A stretch of 64,000 bases of DNA from Harriotta raleighana (GCA_050575255.1 JBNZDD010013678.1:4746753-4810752); one strand, 5' to 3'; shown: positions 1 through 12,752, counted from the first letter of the stretch. A program made the numbers and translations. The notes: generated by a model from the sequence alone, not told the origin.

Positions 1-20
1 GCTTTTGTCCATTCTTGTAC
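1..20 (-). CDS. CCDC141: CCDC141 final exon, 5' start only: (W)YKNGQK, completes the Ig domain
   Basis: Acceptor tctttacttcag|G TAC AAG AAT GGA CAA AAG C. It completes the phase-2 TG| donor at 1343. Recalled human sequence is WYKKGQKL. Confidence 0.85.
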
Positions 21-1045
21 CTGAAGTAAAGAATGCATTTTCAAGTCAAGCAGTTACTGTATAAACACCAGTTAAACAGCTGATTAAAACAAGAACATCT
101 AAAAAGACAGAATATGAATTTTATATTAATGGCATAAAAGCAAAATACTGTATGTAACTTTTTTTTAGTATGACAAACTAGCTCTATAATGAGTTAAGTG
201 TTAGTAACAATCTTAAATAACTGAGAACTTGGGACCTGATTTTGGAAATATATTCAAAGTTGCAAACATTTCCGGCTTGTATTTTCATTGTGCCTCTGGA
301 AAATGGAGGTGATTTATAATAGATTCATTCTCATCCTAAAATTATTATTGGTTTCCTAGCTGTGGGAAAAAAGCATGCAAAGGTTTATTTCAATCTTCCA
401 GGGTTTCCCAATCTCTTTGTAATTGTTATGCCTCGTCATCTTTGTGTTCCTTCAAACCACGAATCACCATCAAGCCAGTGAATAGAGCAAAATTAATCAA
501 GATTTTGGATTTGGATTTGCGTCTTAATGCAATGTTATGAAAAATGGAAGCTTAAAGGATTATGAGATTCCAAGAATCACTTTTTTGAAGTTATTGTCAT
601 GTATTGTGAGTAAGACTTTCAATTTGCTTAGAAATATAGGAATGTACAACATGGGAAAGGCTGCTAAATTGGTCCCAAAATTACCATTTCTCTCTTAGGA
701 GGAGAAATGATGGCAGAAACATTGGAATGATAATGATTATTTTTCTCCCGACACTTTAAGATTTGCTTGGATGAATCCTGATCCATACTGTAGACAACAT
801 GAAAATGCTCTGTTGCCATTGAACTAAACAATTACCATTCAAAGACTGCGAATCGTTCATGAGAATTACTTGCCATGGTGCAATGCACATTATATACTCA
901 CCTTTGCAGCAAAATATATTTATAGTACTCCTTGATTCAATATTATATCTAATTACGCAGCCAAAATATCTCAAAATGGTTTACAGGATTTACTGTAAAG
1001 TATAGTGCATTTTTGGTGAATGTCTATCATGATATTAATGTTACT

Positions 1046-1164
1046 TTTATTACATATGGGTTGTATTTAATAGCTGAATCCTCTACATTACTTATGATGC
1101 ATTGATAATTTCCTGGTTTGAAGTTTAGCTGATGGTTGCCTCTAATTTGGACATCATTTTTATT
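1046..1164 (-). terminator. Candidate intronic poly(A) signals (AATAAA at 1159-1164 and 1046-1051; another at 384-389) for the read-through CCDC141 isoform
   Basis: Hexamers lie 160-280 nt downstream of the stop at 1321. Motif only, in AT-rich DNA. Confidence 0.35.
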
Positions 1165-1320
1165 ACATCGGCTTCCGAAATAGAAAATACCAATGTTGCA
1201 AACCAAAGTGATTTGGTTCACAATCGCATCATGAAATGGAACAACATTGAAAATAAAATCAGGCCCCGTCGTCAGAAGTTCATGCTGAACCTCCAACTGA
1301 ATGCAATGTAGATATTACTG

Positions 1321-2325
1321 CTAGTGGTTATAGGCTACCCACCATGTCAAAGTTGGTTCTGGGAATCCTGATACTTCTATTTCCAAGGTCACAGGAGAAC
1401 CTTCTACCACATTGACATTAGATAAGAGCTTGGAGAAGCTTGGTGTTGTACCAGTCAGGAAGCGCATAACTGTGTTGTTCAATGGACCTTGGATGCCCTC
1501 CCGGATGATGGTTTCTCTGTGGGGGCCTGTGGTGTCATGCATGGGTGGGCACGCACCGAGGGACGCCGTTAGTGGTTGACTTGAAACATGGAATTCATTG
1601 CTGTTAGAATCCATTCGGTTCGCAACCCGGTCACTCTTGGGTTCATGCAGTCGTGACACCCGAGTCTCAATCACACTCTCATGCACATCGTAAGTCTGCA
1701 GCTGAGATTCATGCACTCGACGGACAATATCACGGGTTGAGGATTTAGTCACGATTTGGGTGGCCACGATATTTGAACGGGTGCTGGAAACGAGAGTGAG
1801 TGCAGGGATTGTCAGTGGGCGCTGGATAAAAGAGGAAGGCTCGGCAGAGGGTCCAGTGCAGGGAGTTGAACGGTGAGATGAATAATAGTCAGGCTCATGA
1901 GAAGCTTGCGGACTTGAATGATTTATGGTATCAGCCGTGGCAACAGGTGCTACTGGGTCAGAGCGATCAGTCATTCTGCTCCAGTCCATTTCCATTTGTG
2001 GCTTTGCACTGCGAGATCCAAAATGCCGACTATGAGAACTTAATTGGGACATCTCATCCAGTTCGGTTTCAGAATGGAGCATATTCGATTCCGGAGTCTC
2101 AGGAAGCGGAGGCAAAGATATGTCGTCTGGTGACATGCATTCATATTCTTCCACCGATAGGGTTTCATCCACTAAAAGTTCAGTTTGTGGATCTCCGTCA
2201 GTCTCTGTGCTGCCCTCTGTACCAGAACAGAGTCGCTCAGCCGTTTCCCGTGAATATCGATCGTGCGCCACCATTTCTGTAATCTGATGGTTTGTCAGTC
2301 GGTCCATCTTAATGTTTAACATTTC
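1321..2325 (-). CDS. CCDC141: CCDC141 exon 24: disordered region plus N-terminal half of the Ig domain. Spliced form ends at 1343; read-through form stops at 1321 (WWVAYNH*)
   Basis: Acceptor tttatttttaag|GAA ATG. Contains EEYECMSPDDISLPPLPETPES and the Ig strands FSKLLSNVNVVEGSPVTLEIEVSGFPEPTLTW. Donor TG|gtgggt. Confidence 0.93.
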   Translation of the reverse strand, partial: EMLNIKMDRLTNHQITEMVAHDRYSRETAERLCSGTEGSTETDGDPQTELLVDETLSVEEYECMSPDDISLPPLPETPESNMLHSETELDEMSQLSSHSRHFGSRSAKPQMEMDWSRMTDRSDPVAPVATADTINHSSPQASHEPDYYSSHRSTPCTGPSAEPSSFIQRPLTIPALTLVSSTRSNIVATQIVTKSSTRDIVRRVHESQLQTYDVHESVIETRVSRLHEPKSDRVANRMDSNSNEFHVSSQPLTASLGACPPMHDTTGPHRETIIREGIQGPLNNTVMRFLTGTTPSFSKLLSNVNVVEGSPVTLEIEVSGFPEPTLTWWVAYNH

Positions 2326-3414
2326 CTTAAAAATAAACAGGGGGAAGAAATTGGAAATGTACAATTTGATACATCGGAGCAAAACGGAAGGAGTTCACTT
2401 AACATAAACATTACAGAAGCATCACCCCTCCTATCCTCCTCAAATCCCACACATCCCCAGTTTCTTCGTGCTTTATGGGTTGCCATTCAGGATGAAACAC
2501 TCCCTGGAAAACTAGGGAGAGCAATATGATCCCATCACAAGACATACTGGTTGGCAGCAGAAATAACAATGTGCAATATCATAACGGTTAAGGGGATTTC
2601 CCTTTCCCCCCAAACCCAGGGCTGGGATTGATCCCACAATAAATTATGGTTTACAACCCAAATACGAACATAAATCCACAACTTTTTGTGGGGACGCTGC
2701 TGTGCACAATTGGCTGCGGGGTGTCACCCACAAAATATACAGTCAATTCACTTTACGGTATATTCCGTGAAGATTTTAAGATGCCCAGAATACATGAAAA
2801 GTGCTATATCAAATGCAAGGATCATTATTATTATGTAAACTTATTTTATAAGTTTCATCCTATGAGAAATTTCCACTGAAGGTTCCCCCATACCCCAAAG
2901 AATATCAAGCAGAAGTTTCATCCTCACAGCTCCATTAGCCTCTAACAGAAGCAACACACCTCACACTCCCCTCAAATCTATTACAACCTCTAACTCTCCC
3001 ATCTCACGCCCAGCAACAAACTGCCTCTAGAATAATTACATTCTAGTTACTGAATGCCTACATTAATATATCTAATGATGCCAATAAATATGAAGGATAA
3101 CATTCGACAGAAGGTCATTTGCACTAAATTCATAACATCATTGGATTACATGAAGTTATAATGCACTGAGACATCATAAATTCCTTATGGAAGATTTCCA
3201 ATTTCTATAATTTACTTCTAAAATACTTGTTTGGACTTTCTTTGCAATCAATCACCATGAATATGTACACTCATGTATTTGCATGGCACCCACCAATTCC
3301 GTAGGTAAAGTATTGAAGTGTTAATTATTCAAGAAATAAATCGTTCTGCATGACCCTTTTCCCTTCTAACATTAAGAAGGGTTTTAAAGAAATACCTACA
3401 TGGCTGGGTGACAC

Positions 3415-3945
3415 CTGTTGTTCCTCCAGTGTCTGAGTGATGTACGGATTCTTTTCCATTTCATTATCTCGAGGATTCTTGACTGAAATTGGCAATGATG
3501 TCCCTGGATTGATGTCAGAAGGTGTTGTGGATTCTGCCTTGTTTTCTATCAGCTGAAGGGCATAAACTCTCCTTCCTGAATCAGTGGCAACCGCTGATCG
3601 ACAGAATGATTGTCCGTGGGTTGCATTCACACTAAATTGCTGTGAAAAGGTGGCAGTATAACTTTGAACACTCATTATCTCTCTTTCAGAAGATATTGTA
3701 ATGTTATCTGTTACTGTCTGGGAATCCTCTACAGCAGCTCTGCTGGTGCTATAAGCATCACTGTGATCTATGCTAACAAGTATGGAATCCAGCTCACGGC
3801 TTCCTTTCATCACTGTTGTTGAGTCCAGAGTGGCTTTTGATGAAGTTTCCACCTTACTCTCTTGCTTACAGATGTCCGGTGACCGATAGCTCGCTTTTAA
3901 ACCAGTCTCCACGGGTGATCGTTGGGTAGAGATACTGTTTTCTCC
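3415..3945 (-). CDS. CCDC141: Probable CCDC141 exon 23, Ser/Thr-rich (GENSISTQRSPVETG...TLEEQQ), 531 nt, phase 0-0
   Basis: Long open frame with acceptor ttctgacag|GGA and donor CAG|gtgtca. An alternative phase-0 donor CAT|gtaggt lies at 3400. No homologue recalled in human. Confidence 0.65.
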
Positions 3946-4127
3946 CTGTCAGAATTAATTTAGTTCAGTTTTTAACTTCACTTCTCATTGATTTGATGCA
4001 ATCAAGTAACATTTCATCAAGTTTGTTTCATCAAAAAGAACACAGAGAAATAATGCTCCACGGTACACATGTCTACTGCGTTCATATATTGATTTCTCAT
4101 ATATGAATCATAGATTTCTCATTTATA

Positions 4128-4257
4128 AAGGGATTAAAGGGTATGGGGATAAGACAGGTAGCTGGACTTAGAGTAGAATATCAGCCACGATTGAATGGCG
4201 GGGCAGGCTCGATGGGCCAAATGGCCTACTCCTGCTCCTATTTTTTATGTTCTTATG
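4128..4257 (+). mobile_element. CR1-type LINE 3' end
   Basis: gaatggcggggcaggctcgatgggccaaatggcctactcctgctcc...ttatgttcttatg, the shark-type CR1 tail. Matches the 56800 copy. Confidence 0.75.
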
Positions 4258-4874
4258 AAAGGGATGTGCCTTCGCTTGCAGCAGTACAGTGATGTGGGAT
4301 AGGATGTCAGATTTATAATCCACTTGCCCCATTCGAAATAAGCATCTGATTTCTGTTCATGCACAGAACACTTCATTAGGAATTTAGCATTAATATTACA
4401 GCTGAGATGATCACCTTTTTGATAACATTACAATAAAGGTCTATTGATTGTTCTTGGTGGCCCAATAGATTGCCTGGGAGCTTTCAAGGACCCACAGAGG
4501 AGTGGAGCCCAGTATTATTCACAGCATTCATACTAACCATAACAGGGTAATTGAAGCTAGCTTTTTGAGGGGCAGTATTCTAGCACAATTTCATTGGCTC
4601 TGATTTACTTCGCATAACTCGCTGGGGCTAATCAATAAAATTGAGACAATTCACCACAAAACAATACAGTATAATTCAATTTATCAGGTGAGTGAATAGT
4701 GGACTGGAATGCGGTCTTTTCCTCGCTAGGATTTGGAGTTAAATCCAGATCAGGGAAACAGGAGAAATGTTTCTCTCCATCTTTGCCTTAAAATCAGTAA
4801 ACCTACATAGTACCTGGCTATCAATGAAAACTCCTTTATAAATGCCAGGTTATTTGAATCTGACAAGTTGCTAC

Positions 4875-4949
4875 CTGATTTTCGTTTTCAACACTTGTTT
4901 CTTGCAATCTACTTGCACCGTCTTCTGATTTCTGTCCAGGGGCATCGGA
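4875..4949 (-). CDS. CCDC141: Probable CCDC141 exon 22 (SDAPGQKSEDGASRLQETSVENENQ), 75 nt
   Basis: Strong acceptor ctctctttcaattttcaacag|TCC, donor CAG|gtagca, open frame, phase 0-0. Confidence 0.7.
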
Positions 4950-5885
4950 CTGTTGAAAATTGAAAGAGAGAAAGTCAGAGAAGCTCAAGCAATGTGGCAG
5001 TGCAGTTTTACATTGGGTTTATACCTTGCGATTTGTCATTGAACAGTTCTTTGGTCATGGGAAACAATGCCATTTTCTGTGCTCAATTGGCTGCCATGTT
5101 TCACCCACAGAACACACAGTGTATTCACTTTACAGTGTATTCTGTGAAGCACTTTGAGATATCTCAATGACGCTATATCAAACCCAAGGATTATTATTAT
5201 TGTTGCTATTATCAAACATATTGCAGAATTGTATTAGCTATGTGGATACTTTTGACCAGCAGAAATGAACACAAAAGCACAATTAACAGGTAGCTAGCTC
5301 AAGGAAAAGCTCATTCAGGTGGGTATTGCTTATTCCTATTGACCTAACCAGCAATATTGTCAATATTAACTGTGCAAAATTCTCTAGAAGGAATACCCAA
5401 TAACACATTTGATTACAATGCTTGAAATGCAGCACTCTATTTGGTTCAATGTTGTACAATCAAACATGATTAAGGACTCAGGGGCCCAGTACAGGAGATT
5501 GTCCAGAGATGATTTGACATGTTCAATGCAATCTTACATTTATAAAGCGCCTTTCACGTTGGGAGGACGTCCCAAGGCGCTATAACAATTCATCAACCCA
5601 AAAACCTCCATCAGTCTCTTGGCAGCAGTTGGACTCTGTTTCTCTGAGTCCAATCAGCAATTTAGACCAGAGAAACAACTCATTGATCAGACAACAGAAG
5701 TAGCAAATGATTAAACATTGACATTGGGCTCTGTCTGAACTGTAACAAGAGCCTGAGGAGCACAGATGAATTCAAAGACTCGCACTATAGATACTTGCTT
5801 CAGGTTGCCTGGCGTGTTCTCAATTGTTTGTCGCAGGATTAGCACCAATAGTATAAAATATCAATTTCACAATTTTAGTCTGTAC

Positions 5886-6004
5886 CTTAATCTGCAGCTT
5901 TATTTGAAGCTCTCTTAGACCATTGCACAATTCCTTCATAGATTCCAGGATTTCACTGTGCTTTGTCACGGTTTTCTCCACGTATTTCTTTCCTTCTTCA
6001 CTGC
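5886..6004 (-). CDS. CCDC141: CCDC141 exon 21 ((G)[15 protein letters not shown]...KLQIK)
   Basis: aag|GC acceptor, AAG|gtacag donor, phase 1-0. Similar to human LEEGQKYIEKIVTKH. Confidence 0.92.
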
Positions 6005-8344
6005 CTTGAAGTGTAAAACAAGAGATAGATTCAACTGTTATTTTCTCGCAGATTGAAGACAGATTGATCACTATCCATTCCCTCTAACAAACCCAGCAAA
6101 ATGAGATTCATTGCCCATTCATCAGTTTGTACAATATGGTTGGTGCCAAATGTCTGCCATTGTCCCACACACTTTCCACTTAACAGTAATTGATTGTGAT
6201 ATATTTTTTGGACACAAAGATACACTATACAAATGAGAGTACAGTTCTCTCTTTAGATTCATACTGCAATTATTGCGTAATGTTCCATTTTATTCAACCT
6301 GGTACGTCTTGCAGGTCATTGAAAATCATGATCAAAGATCAATTTTCAGATTCAGACACTATGAAAAAATGTCCTAAATGCCTAAAAGCTAGTTCTTTTT
6401 GTGAATTATGATGTGTAGCTATTGCTTTCTATGTAATGGTAGGTTGCAACCACTGATCTAAGCTCACACAGCAAGAACTGCAAAGACGTCAATCTGAAAG
6501 TAGAACATGTATTTTGTGATATGCACACCATCTGTGCAAGGCATCAAGCAATGGCCTCAATGAGGACTAAAATATAAGGGTAATATTCTGATAATTAAAC
6601 TCATCTATCTATCCCGTTATATTCTTCCAATTTCTATATCTGGACTGGATCGCTACATTTCCGTTAAGTACCCCACAAATAAAATAATTATGAGCAATTA
6701 ACTTTTACATAAAAATTGACTAAAATTTGAACAACTAGGAACCTAATGGGAAACGGACAGAAAATATATACCGTACGGGCAAAAAATAATCTTAGTAATC
6801 GAATGGGAGTCTATCATACATCGCCTATTGATTCTTGCTGACAAATGCAGTCGGAATGCACTTCTTTATAGGGAACATTCCAGTGTCATCGAGTGCAGAT
6901 TTAACACGCATCAAGATCAAGAACCACTGATGTGGACCCTAGTTGGAATTTGGTCCACAGCATATATAGGGCAAACTGTTGATAGACTTTCAACCAGTGA
7001 ATACCAAAGAGACTTTGCAATTAATGCACATTGGAAGCTTATCTTGTACTTGGACTCATTCAGTGTGATCAGGAATAGCAACATTGGAAGCCAGGCAGGC
7101 AAATATATAAATAGCAATGGGATTTATATGTCAGCCACTAAATCCATAGCAGCTTGACATAGATGTAGCTACCTCCCGTTTTAAATGGATATCCTCAAAT
7201 TTTAAACAGAGTCCAAACCAGTTTACAAATTCTCCTGAAAGGTTTTACTCTTCATATGTCACACATTTGAAAAAACACACACTATAGGCCTAGGGTTTGT
7301 TAACTTGAGATTCAATTTGTTCATCGGGTGAAATTGCTAATGTCAACATGATCCACGTCAAATAAGCAATGTGATTCAATGGTTAGATTCAAAATTGCCC
7401 AGGACAACGGTGTGTTGGTTGCAATGAGGGCAAGCAGACTGCAGACATTTTAATATAAGTGTGCGTTCTCCACAGTTCTGATGATAATGATGCCACAAAA
7501 TATATTTTAAAATATCTAATCTACAAATTGGGAGAATATAACAGGATAGAAAGATGAGTTTAAGCAAAGCCAGAGTGGTAGTCAATTTTGATGAGAAGTT
7601 GGACTGAAATTTGATGAGAGCTGGGAGGGTTTGACATTATAATACAGGGAAGTATCAAACTAGGCTTGTTATGAAAGGAGCCCATGTGTAAATGTGACAA
7701 ATAAAGATGATGGGAGAGCCAGTCACAAATCGAGTCAGGTAATAAAGAAAAACATGCCAGAATCCAACAGTGTTTTTAAAACATTTGAGGAATAAAATGT
7801 GTCATTTGTAGGAATAAAATTATTATTTTAACAGCAATCATTTTAGGCCTTTTAATTGTTGTGTGACATGTGAATTTCAATTAGAATAGGGGTTAAATGA
7901 TATTGCAAATTGATAAACAAAATTACTATCACGATAGATTTTAACTGCATTTTTCAATTAATTGTAGAATTTTAATAATTAGTATCAAATGCAAGGATGA
8001 TTTAGTCTTGTCCATGTTTCATTTGGACACATTTGTTTCATTTCCTTCTCTTTTTTCTTCTAACTTTGTTCAAAGACATGCTTGGAGCATCTTTGTCCAA
8101 TGTCAAAAAAAATTAGCTCCAGTTGCTTTACAAATGAAGTTAATATAAATAGTTGTCCAATGTTTAGGAATACAGTATTGTTGAGTAACAGTGACAGGCA
8201 TTTAACCGATTATAAAATTGTTAATAATAAGTGTGCCTCTGTCTGAATTTGTTAATTATTATAATGAAAAAAAGGAAGGCTGTCAAAACAGATATCCCTG
8301 GCCCTTTATGTGGTCTCTGATCATATACTGTAGTTAGTTCTAAC

Positions 8345-8528
8345 CATATAAGCGCATTGCCAGTTCAGTGATGTGCTGGATTCTCTTCTCCTGTGGTGGG
8401 ACCGTGGGCCACACAAACTTTTCAAACTGTTTGAGCAGAATTCCCACCGCTTCCTCTGTCTTGCATTCGGTAGAATATTTCCCAACTCGCACAATCGCAC
8501 CACTTGTTTCTTCACACCAAAACTGGCT
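8345..8528 (-). CDS. CCDC141: CCDC141 exon 20 (SQFWCEETSGAIVRVGKYSTECKT...LY)
   Basis: cag|AGC acceptor, G|gttaga donor, 184 nt. VRVGKYSTECKT is identical to the recalled human sequence. Confidence 0.95.
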
Positions 8529-8915
8529 CTGCAAGGGAATTGTAAATAAAACAAAAGTTAGGTCTTGGCGCTTTTCATTCTTAGGATGAATTCATGATGA
8601 CGGAATTGCCGCCGACTCTTCTGTGTTTTTTTCATACTAAAAAAATTATACCAAAATTGGTAAATTCAATTAAGGAAACCATATATAACAATAATCCTTG
8701 CATTTGATATAGTGTCTTATTACATTGTTGAGATATCTCAAAACGCCTCACAGAATGTACTGAAAGTTGAATTGTCTGTATATTTTTGTGGGCGAAACGC
8801 AGCAGCCAATTGTGTACAGCAGTGTCCCATAAACAGTCATAGATTTATTGACCAAATGTAAAATGAGAATTTTTTTTGGGAAACACAAGATCTTGCTTCG
8901 ATCTGCAGTACATAC

Positions 8916-9113
8916 CTCTTCCATAGCCTGCTGCATGCGAACAGTCACTTCCAGGTTTTGCTTGTAGTCGTCCACAGTCTTTTCAAGTTCATTAACCTGT
9001 TTCTGCAACTCACTGCCAGATGTTTCGAGTACATTTGTTTCGGAACCCAGAGTTTGCTTTTCTAGTACTGAAGTAACTTTTTTCACGTATTGAATCATTT
9101 TCCTCTTAAATAC
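8916..9113 (-). CDS. CCDC141: CCDC141 exon 19 (VFKRKM...QAMEE)
   Basis: cag|GTA acceptor, GAG|gtatgt donor, 198 nt, phase 0-0. Confidence 0.92.
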
Positions 9114-9250
9114 CTGAAGACAGGAAACACACAATACATGTATGGATTTTTTTTCTTTAGCGTGCATTTGGAAAATGAGTTGTGCCAAAAATGTTGAAGT
9201 GCAGTGAAAGTAAAATGACAGTGAAACAGAAGGTGAAAAACATCATCTAC

Positions 9251-9391
9251 CTGAATTTTTTCAGTGTACATGTCAACTTGCTGCACTTGGTTTCTGACAG
9301 CTTTCAGATTGCGGGATTTTTCATTTTTCTTCATGTAACTAAATTTCAAGTTGTTAAACTTCTTCTTGAGATCTTTATAGGATTCTTTCAT
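9251..9391 (-). CDS. CCDC141: CCDC141 exon 18 ([31 protein letters not shown]...KIQ)
   Basis: tag|ATG acceptor, CAG|gtagat donor, 141 nt. Near-identical to human [23 protein letters not shown]. Confidence 0.95.
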
Positions 9392-11722
9392 CTAAGGATA
9401 TATTTTTACAGTCTTTATTTCATAAAACTTTATAAATAGCTTCAGACTAAAAGTGCCCAGGCTTTAGGTACCAATCGGTGCAACGATAATTCAAGACAAT
9501 ATTACACCGTCATATTATACGATATATATGGTAACAATTGGCTCTATCATATGCAGGTTATCAAACTAGTGATCTTCTTGCTATGATTTTATAATGGAAA
9601 TAACTAACTAATAACAGCAATTACCACATGAGAGATACAATATTAATCAATAGGGACTATTCCAGAGTGATAAAAACTATAATGCAACACAGCTACACAT
9701 CAATAAAAGACCAGAAGTTTAACTAATAGATAGTGTTACTTTTTAAAAAAAATGGTAAAACAATTATTTATTTTTACTACAAACAAGGGACTGTAAGGTC
9801 AAGAAATCTTCCTGACTCCCAGCCGCCAGTGTCCATCCACAGACATGAGCAAATGTGTGCGTGGTGACAGATGGACTAGGTACCAGTTGGTTTTCATTGC
9901 CGGACAGCAATAGAAACCCCAACTGAGTACTAAGAAGGGACAACTGCTTTGGAAATCAACCAACAATGACAGCACCTGAGTAAAGAGATTTCTGCCCACT
10001 TTATACCAAATCCAATATCCTTTTCAGCACTTAAGTGCAGGAACCCTGATATATCATTTCCTGCTCTGAATTGTCCTGCTCAGGGAAAGGTTTCTGTGCG
10101 AGCAAACTGTGTACATTGTTCACCTTGCACCTAGACAATCGTCCATCAGTAACTCATCAGAAAAATAAGTTAGAAAGATCATCTATTCGCAAAGGTTCAT
10201 TGGAAGCGCCTTGGGACGTCCTCCCAACATGAAAGGTGCCCTATAAATGTCAATTTATCAATGTTTGAAACACTGGCCATCCTTTCCCAGCCAGAAACTG
10301 AGATAAAGAAGAGTACAAGAATGTGTTTTAGTTCATGTGGTAGATTTTGCATATCCCCAGCCAATGACTTACAATGCCTGAGTCTGCCTTTTTTTAAAGT
10401 AGATTACTGAAATGGGAATCACAGAATTTCTATTCTGGTTCATGTGTCAAAAGCAGACAGCTGTTTGGGCTATCCCTTCCCCCCACTTCTTTTAATAGCT
10501 ATAGAGGCATTAACTTCCTTCAAATGCCACCACCTCTCTCCAAATGCAGTCAGGTTCTGAGCTTATTTCAGTTTGTCACCTCATTGCAAACACATGCAAG
10601 ACAATTTAGCCTAAAGCGTAAGTGTAGTAATAATACTGTATGAATTTATACAAGTTCAGAGAAATAACTATGGTCAGTGCATGAGTGAATAATGTTTGCT
10701 GGTTCAATTTCTGTCTTTCAAAAATATTTGCCTCTAATTTTAGCTGCCTTGTCAGAATCATGGCATGAGAAAAGACTTCTGCTGCTTTCTGCTGAGATTC
10801 ACCACACTATGAGAACCACCCATGAGATACGATAAGATTGATAAAAACCCTTGTTTTTCACATTGCAAACTAAGAAAGCACATTTATTTTAACAAACATA
10901 TTCTACTGCTATCTTCCTGATCATTGTGATTTAAACGGTCTCATATTTACTATTGTTTAATAAATGATAATGATAAATGAATCAAAAATTATCTCGCCAT
11001 GTGCCAGACTGAAGTGATCGAATGGAGATCAGTATAAAGGTCATTTTGTTCAAATGTTAACATGTTTACGTGAGAAAAAAAAGTAAAGAAAATAATTTCA
11101 ATGTTTCGCCTCTTTCACACAGCTTCGATGCTGAGAATCTCACCATTAAGCGCGAGATGATCCAAAGCCATTCATCATGCTGTTTATGAAAACATATTGC
11201 TCTAATAAGGTAACACGCAACCACAGTTGCACAAACACAATCTGTTATGTACTGATTGTGTTTCTTTTCTCTGACTGTAGGAGATGAGAAATGCCAGCTG
11301 GCTGACCCTATTGAACAGCCAAATTTCTAAACCGGTTCTTTGCTCAGATCTAGAAGGTGTCAGATAAAACATTAAGATCCTGTCAAAAAGCAAATATTTT
11401 ACCAGAGCTGCTGGTAGAAAAGTCTGTGATTTATTTAAGAGATGAATTGCATGGAAAAGAGCACCTGCCTGATAAGCAGTGACCATGCTCAATTCACTTT
11501 TTACTCACATTCATTTAGCGGGCTTTTTGTGTGTATTTGTGTTCTACTGCACTCAAAAATACATTGTATTCTTATACAATGTAAAAATCAGTGTTTTGCA
11601 GCCATTTAAATTGCTGTTGTCCAGTGAATTTGTCCCGGCGCAAAATGATATTTCAGCAATAAATCTGAAGCAGATATACTGTAAATGGTCATGAATTTCA
11701 AAACATGTGAAAGACATGTAAC

Positions 11723-11872
11723 CTCTTGTATTTCCTCTTTGGCTGTGCAGTATTCCAGGTTTGCTTGCTGCTTCTCCCCATGTTGCTCTGCGTTTGCGCT
11801 CCATTGGATACTGTCAGTCTCCAGGACCTCGAGTTTCCGCTGAAGAGACTCCACTGAAGCACGAACAGATTT
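11723..11872 (-). CDS. CCDC141: CCDC141 exon 17 (KSVRASVESLQRKLE...EEIQE)
   Basis: tag|AAA acceptor, GAG|gttaca donor, 150 nt. Confidence 0.9.
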
Positions 11873-11980
11873 CTATTCCCAAAACAAATGATAGTTGTTA
11901 AAGAAAGGCAGACCAGTGTGAGTTTACCAGCACTAATTTGTGTCCAGGTGAGACGTTCATGCAATGAGAGACAAACTTAC

Positions 11981-12160
11981 CGAATGCTGTACAATGGAAA
12001 TGACATCCACTGCCAATGTGAGGGCTAGTTTATATAAATAGCACACATGAGCTTGTTTCTGCTGATGGTGACTGTGTTGGGCCTTTGCTTGAGTGATGTC
12101 CTGTGACACAGCAACTGATTCTGGGCACTGTAGGTCTCCAGATCTCATTAGGCTTTCGAG
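11981..12160 (-). CDS. CCDC141: CCDC141 exon 16 (LESLMRSGDLQ...IVQHS)
   Basis: cag|CTC acceptor, TCG|gtaagt donor, 180 nt. Confidence 0.92.
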
Positions 12161-12463
12161 CTGGAATAAATAGCCATTATCCATAGCAAAGGAACGATAA
12201 TGATAAAAATAACAAACAACAATAACAACATCTTGGATTTATTCAGAACTCTTCACATAGGGCAGTGTCTCTGAGCACCTTAACAGTGGCTGAGCCTGAC
12301 GTAGAACCGGGGGAGTGAGGAGGCGACCATAAGCACGGTTAAAGAGGAAAGTCTTTAGTCGTGATTTAAGAGCGGGGACGGATTGCAGGAGGGAGTTCTA
12401 AAGCTTCGGGGTATAATCAACAACAACAAAATTACACTTGTATTGCGAATTTTATGTCAGGAG

Positions 12464-12493
<30 letters not shown>
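12464..12493. repeat. (AAC)10 microsatellite, probably an expanded L2 tail
   Basis: Read directly; it lies within L2 remnants. Confidence 0.85.
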
Positions 12494-12494
<1 letters not shown>

Positions 12495-12752
12495 TTACAT
12501 GGGGGTTGGGGCAGGTTGGGGCAGAGTGGCTAAAGGCTCGCCTACCAATGCTGGGGAGGATGGGTTGGGGGACATGAAGCAGGCCGGAGCCTACTGAGCG
12601 GAGGGGCGGACAGGTTGATAAGGGGTTAGAAGATTACAGATGTTGAGTGGGCAGATTGGAGATACCAGCTAGTCAGAAGCATGTTAAGGGAACCTTTTAA
12701 CTAATTCAATTAAGGAAACATGTTATATCAAAAGCTTGATTCTGTTATATAC

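Noticed and set aside
1866-2282. 138-aa plus-strand ORF
   Set aside because: Antisense shadow of CCDC141 exon 24 with a non-ATG start and no recognisable domain.
5795-5818. Possible 24-nt microexon (NTPGNLKQ) after exon 21
   Set aside because: The preceding intron would be only 67 nt, the acceptor has no pyrimidine tract, and the donor is weak.
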